Below, piece by piece: positions 50,830-59,392 of a DNA stretch of 59,392 nt. This DNA comes from Girardia tigrina (Eukaryota), in assembly GCA_001938485.1 (NCBI GenBank), contig MQRK01181535.1, positions 1-59,392 of the forward strand, read 5' to 3'. The translations under genes were made by a program, and so were the position numbers. Under the pieces are notes generated by a model, which saw only the letters and a program-made list of their open reading frames with translations, did no database searches and was not told the DNA's origin. The first letter of the stretch is position 1; every line of letters starts with the position of its first letter.

Positions 50830-52990
50830 TACACTGGTTTTTCGTGGTTTATGTGCCAGTTATGACAAGTTTTGATAAAGTTGTGTCTTATTATAATGTT
50901 CTAATAAAATCTTTGTATTTTTGTGTGCTTTTGTCAATATACAAAGTATATATCCTGTTTGGATGAAAAATCCATTTTTTGAAAGATTCAATTTTCTGAC
51001 TCCGCTAACCATTATTTTGTTATATCTTTAACAATTTTCATATTAATAATGATTTTCTTATTTGTTTGTAGATATAAATGTCATCTGGACACTGTAATTT
51101 ATCATCTGACTGTTTTTGCAATGTTTGTCGATATTATTTTTGACCCTCTCAAATCAAGTATAAGATATCTAGGGACACGAAGTACTGCGAAGCATATGAG
51201 AAATATTTTGGAATGCCATAGGCGATAAAGATAAATCCTGAGCTTATATGAGGATGCTGCAAATCAACATTGGAAGGGTGGCTAAGAGGTAGCAGGAAAT
51301 GAATGCCGTTTGCAGTTCCTAGAATTTTGAGGGAGCCGACAAATCACATCAATGACTGCTACTTCTTTATGGTGGATATCAATGCTTATAAGAAAACACA
51401 GGATAAGAAAAAACTAGTCTGTCCTGATATATCTTCTTCGATTGCACCAGTGCTACATGATGAACATTTACCTGTTCTAAAATCACCAGAACAAAATGAA
51501 GCCTACAGGGAACTATCCGATAAGGACGATGAGTATGAAGAAGAACAAAAAGTTTGGCAAATCAACTTTCCAAATCAACAAGAACTTGATGATCTTGTCA
51601 GAGACTTAAACCTTCCTAAAGCAGGCGTTGAACTGCTTTCATCTAGACTAAAGGAATGGAATTTATTGGATCCTAATGTGTGAATTTCTAAGTACCGAAA
51701 TAGACACACTACATTTACTCAGTACTTTAGAGTTGAGGAAACACTTTGCTTTTGTTCAGATGTGATGGGACTGTTTGAAGCAATTGGTGTCACACATCAA
51801 CCTGATCAATGGCGACTATTTATTGACAGCTCTACTAGGGATTTAAAAGCAGTATTACTCCACAATGGCAATCGGGAATCCTTCGGTATCAATCGGTTAC
51901 AGTGTCCAGTTGAAGGAGGACTATAGTAATGTTAGAACTTTGCTGCAGAAGGTCAACTACGATAGCTACAAATGCGATGTTTGTGTAGATTTCAAGATGA
52001 TTGGTTTTCTTCTTGGATTGCAAGGTGGATTCACAAAGTTCCCTTGTTTTCTTTGTTTATGGGATGGCAGAGACAGAGCAAATCATTATGTCCGAAGAGA
52101 ATGGCCTGAACGAAGTGACTTGCAGCCAGGTACATACAGCGTGAAAAATGTTACTCTTGTTTCTGCTGAAAAAATTCTTCTACCTCCACTGCATGTGAAA
52201 CTAGGATTGATTAAACAATTTATAACAGCCGTAGATCCTAGTGATGACACCCTTAAAGAGATCAGGTCATTGTTTCCCAAGCTACCAGAACCTAAAGTTT
52301 CAACACTTGTGTTTGTTAGAGCACAAGTGAGACAGATGTTCGATTCAGAAAGTCTGCAGAGTAAAATGAAAGAAAAAGAAAAGAAAGTCTAGACTGGTTT
52401 CAAGTATGTAGTTTCTAATTGTCTTGGCAATAACGGAGCAGATAATATAGTATAAGGAACTGATTGAAAAATTACTCAACAGCTACCAAGATTTGGGTTG
52501 TAGAATGTCAACAAAGCTGCATTATCTATACTCTCACCTGGAATTCTTAAGACCAAATCTCGGAGATGTTAGCAAAGAGCACGGTGAGAGGTTCCACCAG
52601 GACATTACGGTGATGGAGAAGCGATATCAAGGACGTTGCGATGAAGGGTGACTATATATGGAGTTTGGTACGCACAGATGACACAACTCATAAGAGACAA
52701 AATCGATCTACTGTGCATTTTTGAATAACTTAGGTTTAATTGAATCATTTCTTTTATTGTATACACAAAGGAGACATCGTAACTCTCAGTTATGTTGATA
52801 TTTTGCTATTTTTGTGTAAGTTAGTTAAAGCTGATTTCTTGTATATGTTAATTATATAAAATTTAGTTTATCTTTTGAGCCGTTAAAGATAGGGAAAACT
52901 GATGTTATTTTCTGAATCACCAAGCAAAATTACATTAAAAACACTAAAGTGTCATAAAACATGACTTTTATAAAAATTTGTTACCCAGTG
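50830..52990 (+). mobile_element. Chapaev3-like (CMC) DNA transposon with a pseudogenised transposase (about 51078-52724)
   Basis: MPFAVPRILREPTNHINDCYF, WRLFIDSS, GFTKFPCFLCLWD, LLPPLHVKLGL, EHGERFHQDI..MEKRYQG. Right end ...TTACCCAGTG|TAA. Left end uncertain. Family name is from recall. Confidence 0.75.
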
Positions 52991-55900
52991 TAATATAAAC
53001 TGATACATATAACATACTTTATAAATTTTAAATTCTCTACATTCTTCTGTATTTTAATTCTTCAATAAAAGTAATTATAATAACAATAATTGTTATTATT
53101 ATCTTTTTTAAATATTATTTATTATTATTAAACTTATTTTCATCATAACTATTAATTTTTGTTATGACAAAATTATTGATTTTTGAAAATAAACTTCGAA
53201 AATGTTTTTAAAACCTTTTTAAAATTTAAAAGAAGTTGCTGAAAATTTTTTTATGAAATAATAATAATACTTATTTCTATAAATAATTATTTAGCAATTT
53301 TATGATTTTAAGAAACAAATTATTTCCCATTGATTTGTAAAGGATATAATTTCGTGTTTCATAAAAGACAATAAATTTACACAATGACAATTTTCATATG
53401 TTATATTTATTGTTTATTGAAATATAAACATTTTATATTTAAACAGTAAATATTTTGTTAATAATACTAAATGTTAAAAGTAGAAGGTGTTTCATTAGAT
53501 AAAGATAAAAAAGTAATAATTTATTATAAAGAATGAGAAAAATACTTAATTGTTTGAGAGAGGAATGTTTGGAATATTGATGTTTTGCGTTTGAATGTTG
53601 AGTGGGATCTGAATGAATTTGGAATTGCGTCTCTCCTACCCAGATGGATGATTAATATTTTAATTCTTATTATCTGAAAATAATTTAATTCAAATTTAAA
53701 TTGAATTTTTGAATATATTTTATTTCATCATGAACATAAATTTTAAATGATTTTATTAATTATATTTTTAGTTTTATAAATTAATAAATCAAAATAATAT
53801 TTTAAATAATTAATAGTTATTTTAATTTTAACCAATTAAATTAGAAGAAAATATATTTTAAAATTATGTAAGTTCAGTTTAGTTTGTCCATTTGTCAATA
53901 ATTTTATTGATTTTTAAACGATATTTGTATCAAATTTCCGGCTTTCTTTTTGTAATGAAATGGAATTCAGGCGACAAAATAAGGGCAATTTTTTTAACAG
54001 TCATTTGGTTAGAATTCCATTGTTCTGCATGAGCTAACGATGTAGATTTGTTTGGCTTAGAAACCTTTTTTTCATCTATTTATTATGTGTTATTATAATT
54101 TATCTATATAAAATGATAGTCGTAGCTTGTTGTTAAATAATTAGAAATGAGATTTTTAGTTACTTTTACACTTGCATTAAAAAATATGTTATGCAAGATT
54201 CAATCTTGAACGTTATTAAATTATGACGAAAAGTATCCAAAACTTTAACATAATAATATTATCTGCAATATTTTCAGATATTAGGAAAGCTTTGTTAAAA
54301 GGTATTGAAAAATCAATGAAGGGTGAGATTCAAAGTCGTAATAAATGTGATCAAATGTTCTAAATTCTCAAAACATTTGTATTGAGATGGCTCAATAATT
54401 CTAGTTTTAAAAATTAAAATATTTTTGTAATTTGTTTTGAAATAATTGGTGGTTGAATCAAAACATTTACTCCATCAATCATATAAAATTAATTATAATT
54501 CATAATTTTGTTGAAGAATTGGTAGAAGAATTTCAATACTTTCCATATACACCCTAATTTTAAGCACATACAGCTTACTTTACAATGGTAGGTCAAAGAT
54601 TTGAATGGAGAGTGTATATGAATGGAGAGCGGTTATGATGGACTGAATCAAGTAAGGTTTCGAATCACTGAAGATCGGGTAAAGGTTTAATTGTATTCAT
54701 TTCAAAAGTTAAGTTTTTTATTTAAAGAAAACATTTTGGTACTTATTGCGAGTGGAATTATGTAAAATGAATTAAAATTTTGAGATTATTTACTCATTAT
54801 GACGAATACTGTTGTATTTTGTATGTTGTTTTTATAATTGTCTCTCCTACTCAGAATGCCCATTGATATAGTTGAATATTTTATGATCCTGATCAGAATT
54901 TAAAATTTTAAAACTTGATTTATTCTTATTTTTTTCGGATCAATATTAATTTAAAAACTTGAAAAATAATTATTTGCAAAATCAAATTTATTAATTTGAA
55001 AAACTATTTGTTATTAAAGTAAAGTTTAAATTTCAGAATAAAAAATATTAAATGAAAATTTTAAAAAATGGCATGTGTAATATTTTTTAAAACAAAAAGA
55101 ATTTTAAAATTCTCTTTTATTTTTCAATCATTAGTGATATCGAAATATGAAAGCCTTTCTGAGGATTGTTAAGAGACAGAAGCGTCGCACCGGATGGCAT
55201 AATCTCAGAGGGTGTCACCAAATGAAAAATACATCGCGAAAATAACCCTGTATAAATAACTCGACTTTACGCTAAAGTTAACTAAAAACATAAGTTATTT
55301 AGAGTCCATGACGTCAGTTTCCAGTTTAGAACTATTATTACGTCATTTCATGTTGATTTTACTTTACCAGTAATTTTATGCTATGATAAAGTAACGCACA
55401 CGTTCGTTGACTTGTGGAATCATTCAAACGGTTCCGGCTGTAGATACCCTACAAAAATGTATTTACAAAGCATGATTGGCGGATTAAGCTCCACTGCCTC
55501 CACACTCTGAATAAATCTGGAGGAGTGACACTATGACTTTATTGCATTGGATGACACCAAATCTATCGAATAATTAAGATTGTAAAAATGTTTGAATTCT
55601 CTGAGCACCAATAATATACTATTTTACGTTTTCCAGTTATGAATATAAATATAAATAATATGGCGTTTGTTTTTTAAATCTATAAAAAACATTTCTTCTT
55701 TTATAAATACTATTTTAATTCACTAGAAAAGCATCGAATTTCAATTTTTTATAATTTTCTTATTTTCCCTAAAAAATCTTTTAGTATAAAAAATTACATT
55801 TGAGACAAATATACAAAGCATGTTAAAAGGAAATGTAAACCAAAATGTCTTGCGTTTTCAAATTATTTTAATAGAGTCCTATTATAAGTACTAGAAAAAT

Positions 55901-57096
55901 AATTAAAGAGAAAATAAATACATTAATAATAAAAAAAACAAATTGTCTTTTTACAAGAAACGCCCAATTTACGGATTTATGTCCCTGGGAATAATTATTT
56001 CAGAGAAACAAATTTTATTATTCAGTAACATTATTCCTTTCGCTTTTTAGAAAACTAGGTAGCATTCCTCTTAGTTCGATTTATAGTTTTTAAATAGGAA
56101 CAGCAAAAAGGTTGTAAGACAAATAACGAATACGGTTGATAAGTAGTACTGGACTCATAAAACAAGTCACCATACCATTATCCCATACCAAATTATCTGA
56201 AGTTCTCAAACACTTAAAATTATTTTTTTTAGTTTAAAAGTTATGAAAATTTAGAAGTAAAACATTTTTCTTATTTTATTCCTTTTTCTACACTAATTTT
56301 TTATATGAAGGCGTTTTCTTATTTCTAAAGAAAATAGTTTTTTATTTTTAGTTTCAATTTTATAATTTTTATCTCAGTATTTTATTGTTCCGTTCAAATT
56401 AATATATACTATATTTGTCTAAAAAGTGGGTTTAGAAAATGTTTTGACAAGTAAGAGACGCAAATAAAAAGGAGAAAGTCACTCTCTACATTATTATTTG
56501 TAGAAAAGTATGCCACGATCTCAAAAGAATTTGTAAATAATATTTCTGAGATTATAAAGTCTCAAGGATAAAGATTCACCAAAATACTAATTTTCTGTGC
56601 TTTTGTTATCGAATTCATGAAAGTAGATTGTTATTTCATTGTCCTGTTTTCTATTGCTTCATAGAAAATAGTTACTCAACGCCAAAGCTTTCATAAAATG
56701 ATGGGCGGATACTTTTATGAGGGTGATGCGAATGAAAGATTATCAATAATAACTAATATAATATTTATGAAATATAATTTAGTATATATAATTTAATATA
56801 ATATAATAGATTTCAGAAAATAGAAAAACATAATTTTGTTTTTTGCACATTAGTTGAAATAAATATTGTTTGTTTATGTATTATTAAAGGAAAATCTCTT
56901 CAAAATAATTGGTCAATGTATTTTATATTTTCCCTATAGCAAGCAATACAATGCATCCCTAATTTATATCCATGCGACTAAATCCTTTACTATGGTAACA
57001 GTTATTTTTCTTCACATAAATTTTCAATGACGAACCAGTTTCCTTCAGTCAAATTCAAGACAAAATAAAAAATAATTATTTTTTATATTTTATAAA

Positions 57097-57374
57097 ATGG
57101 GATTATTCTATTGTTGTTGTTGCACCATTTTGGTGCTGATAAATCTTGTTTATATGGTTTGTTACTGAGGTTTTATTGTTTCTATGAACTGATTTGTTTT
57201 ATGTTTAGTTGATCGGTTTATTTCTTTTGGTTTTTGGAATTTTGTTCAATGTCGGACAATCCATCATAACGCAATTTGTTGTTCCGGTTCTTAGGACGAT
57301 TTTTGACGGTTTACGAAATGGTGGAGTTGATGTTAATGTTGATGAAATCATCAGATTTATCTTGAATTCTATGG
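57097..57374 (+). CDS. Tetraspanin copy C, 5' part (exons 57097-57156, 57209-57374); continues beyond the window
   Basis: MGLFYCCCCTILVLINLVYM/LIGLFLLVFGILFNVGQSIITQFVVPVLRTIFDGLRNGGVDVNVDEIIRFILNSM. Same 60-nt first exon, small phase-0 intron and phase-1 donor (G/gtaag) as copy B. Confidence 0.88.
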
Positions 57375-57539
57375 GTAAGGATTGTCTTTGATTAATATTT
57401 ATTTAAAATAATATATCAAATATTTAATATATGAGCATTTGAAAGCGTGTCAGAATAGAAAATCAACTGATGTAAAGGAAGAATTTCCAATTTTATAATT
57501 CGAATTTTGATATGCATTCTGAATACAGTAGCTTGTAAT

Positions 57540-57740
57540 GTGATCTACGAACCTTATTTCATGAAGTCACCAGCGCCAGACCACCAAACACTCACCATCA
57601 GCTTTTTTGGATTAATGATGTGCTTTGTGATTTGTTTGGATGCTTCATTCCTGTCCATCCAGTTTGCTGAATGTTTCTGATTATCACATTGGATCTACTT
57701 TAATGACAAGTGACAATTTGATTTAAAAGTGATGGCATTT
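57540..57740 (-). mobile_element. Mariner transposase fragment
   Basis: DNQKHSANWMDRNEASK...PKKLMVSVWWSGAG. Confidence 0.7.
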
Positions 57741-58319
57741 ATAACGACAAATCATCATCAAGAAAGCATACAAACGTTTTTATTATTATTGAGGTTAAAA
57801 TTACCTTTCCAGAATTTCCTGAACCAATTATGTCTTATATCCGAATAAACTATCCATTCCTTGCATGATTTCTGATGCTGAAGTTTCATCTAAAAACTTG
57901 TTCTTTAAATAAACCGAATTTTTGCATTTTCTACTTTTCAGAATACTGAATATTAAAACAAGTTATCAATAATTTTAATTAATTTCTTTTGATGTGTTCG
58001 ACTGTCAAGATATGTAACAATCAAACAAAAAGAACTGAGCTACAAAATGTTAATTCATTACCGAATTATAACTATTTGAATTTATTGTAACTATGCCTAC
58101 AAATTCATACTTGAAAACTTAATGTTAGAAGAAAATTAAATTTTAATTTTAACAGTTTTTTTAAATTATGTATATTATATTTTTTAATATATTTATATTT
58201 ATTAAAATCAAATTTTAAATTATATTTCACTGGAGATCTTCCTATCTGTTTTATGGATGAAAAAGATTACAATGTCTATATTTCTAGAAGTGAAAATCGT
58301 TCCCAGAAAGGGACCGAAA

Positions 58320-58845
58320 TTCTCAATAAGCTATTTGACATTGCCGATTGAACATTAGGATTGAACATTTTAGGACAACGTGACCTAATTAACAATGCTT
58401 CAAGCAACACTCTCACACTATACATTTATATTTACATTTTTCTCATGTTCTGTAATATTGCTTTCTTTTCAACCATGTTCTTGAATTCGTATACAGATTA
58501 CTGGTCGTCTCTCCAATGTACGTGGAATCGCACCAATTTTATATATATATTCATAAACAATATTAGAACAAAGGTGTACTAGATTTATTACTGAACATAT
58601 TTTGAATTTTATGATATCGTGTGTAGTGACTAGTGTCACTAATATATGTATACACTAATATATGTATCGAAAAACTGTCGTTCATAATGTGAATTGAATC
58701 CCTTTTGTAGAATAGAAAACTCATCTTTTGAAATGGATGAGGTTCTATCCTTACAACATAACCAATGATCAAGAACCTTACTCGATCGACTCATTTGCGA
58801 GTGCTCACTAATCCGCGTTTTGAGATGACGATTTGTCTCTCCGGT
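58320..58845 (-). mobile_element. Penelope GIY-YIG fragments (two pieces; 58680-58845 is family A)
   Basis: GETNRHLKTRISEHSQMSRSSKVLDHWLCCKD and a second YIGETTS..CIRIQEHG piece. Confidence 0.8.
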
Positions 58846-59392
58846 GTGGGCCTCCCATCTCTTTCGAATGGTATTGAGCCTCTAGGTTCTTTAGAGGGTC
58901 CACCCAAACTAAAGAATCACTAGCAGCCCCCCGATAGGCCTCCTACAGGGTCGGATAGTTTCGGTCTCCGTGATCTTTTCGGCTTCCCTGTGAGAAACGA
59001 CCACCCATGGGTTGTATAGCCATGGTTCTGCATACCTTTGGCTTTATTCGTGGACTTCGTACAGCCGCGAAAGGGACATCTGAACTCCCCCCTTGCAGTT
59101 AGATCTGAAATCCTAAAAGTCAGATGTGTTTCTTCAGTACCTATCGCTTCTTCCACCGCCATCGAGATAGTCGGGGGGTCCGTCACGGATTGAATCTGGT
59201 TGCCTGAAATGTTGAGGTTTTCTACGACTCTTTCTTCTGTGGTTGTACTGGTTTGCGCTGGTGTCATTGTCGATTCTCCAATTTTTTCTGTCTCCTCCAA
59301 TTTATGATCCCGGTAGAGGTGCCTGGTCAGCCACCCCTTCGTTTTGTACGACTTTTTGCATAGTGTACATGGGAATGGCAATTGCTGTTGTT
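58846..59392 (-). mobile_element. 5' region of an RLE-type non-LTR retrotransposon ORF with two C2H2 zinc fingers
   Basis: ORF 59381-58920: FPCTLCKKSYKTKGWLTRHLYRDH ... FRCPFRGCTKSTNKAKGMQNHGYTTH. Intronless, GC-richer, and inside an intron of tetraspanin C. Confidence 0.6.

Overview
This is very AT-rich eukaryotic (animal) genomic DNA with several N gaps. The 44-56 nt minimal introns, expanded tetraspanins and TE spectrum suggest a triclad flatworm, but this is inference only. The only host genes are a + strand tandem array of three paralogous tetraspanins: copy A (last 5 exons, 1689-12311), copy B (complete, 8 exons, 272 aa, 23616-48162) and copy C (first 2 exons, 57097-57374). An orphan GC-rich 5' fragment of a BIG/Sec7 ARF-GEF gene lies on the - strand. 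Introns and spacers are packed with often nested TEs. Penelope-like elements (PLEs) carry ten minimal hammerhead ribozyme motifs with clear covariation. Other TEs include two TSD-flanked inverted-pLTR PLE insertions, a 975-bp foldback element with 293-bp TIRs, a 2.9-kb putative solo LTR, RLE-type non-LTR fragments, and mariner, Tc1, rosa/DD41D-like, pogo/Tigger, hAT, MULE, piggyBac-MITE, Chapaev3-like and Helentron-like elements. All calls were read by eye; no database searches were run.
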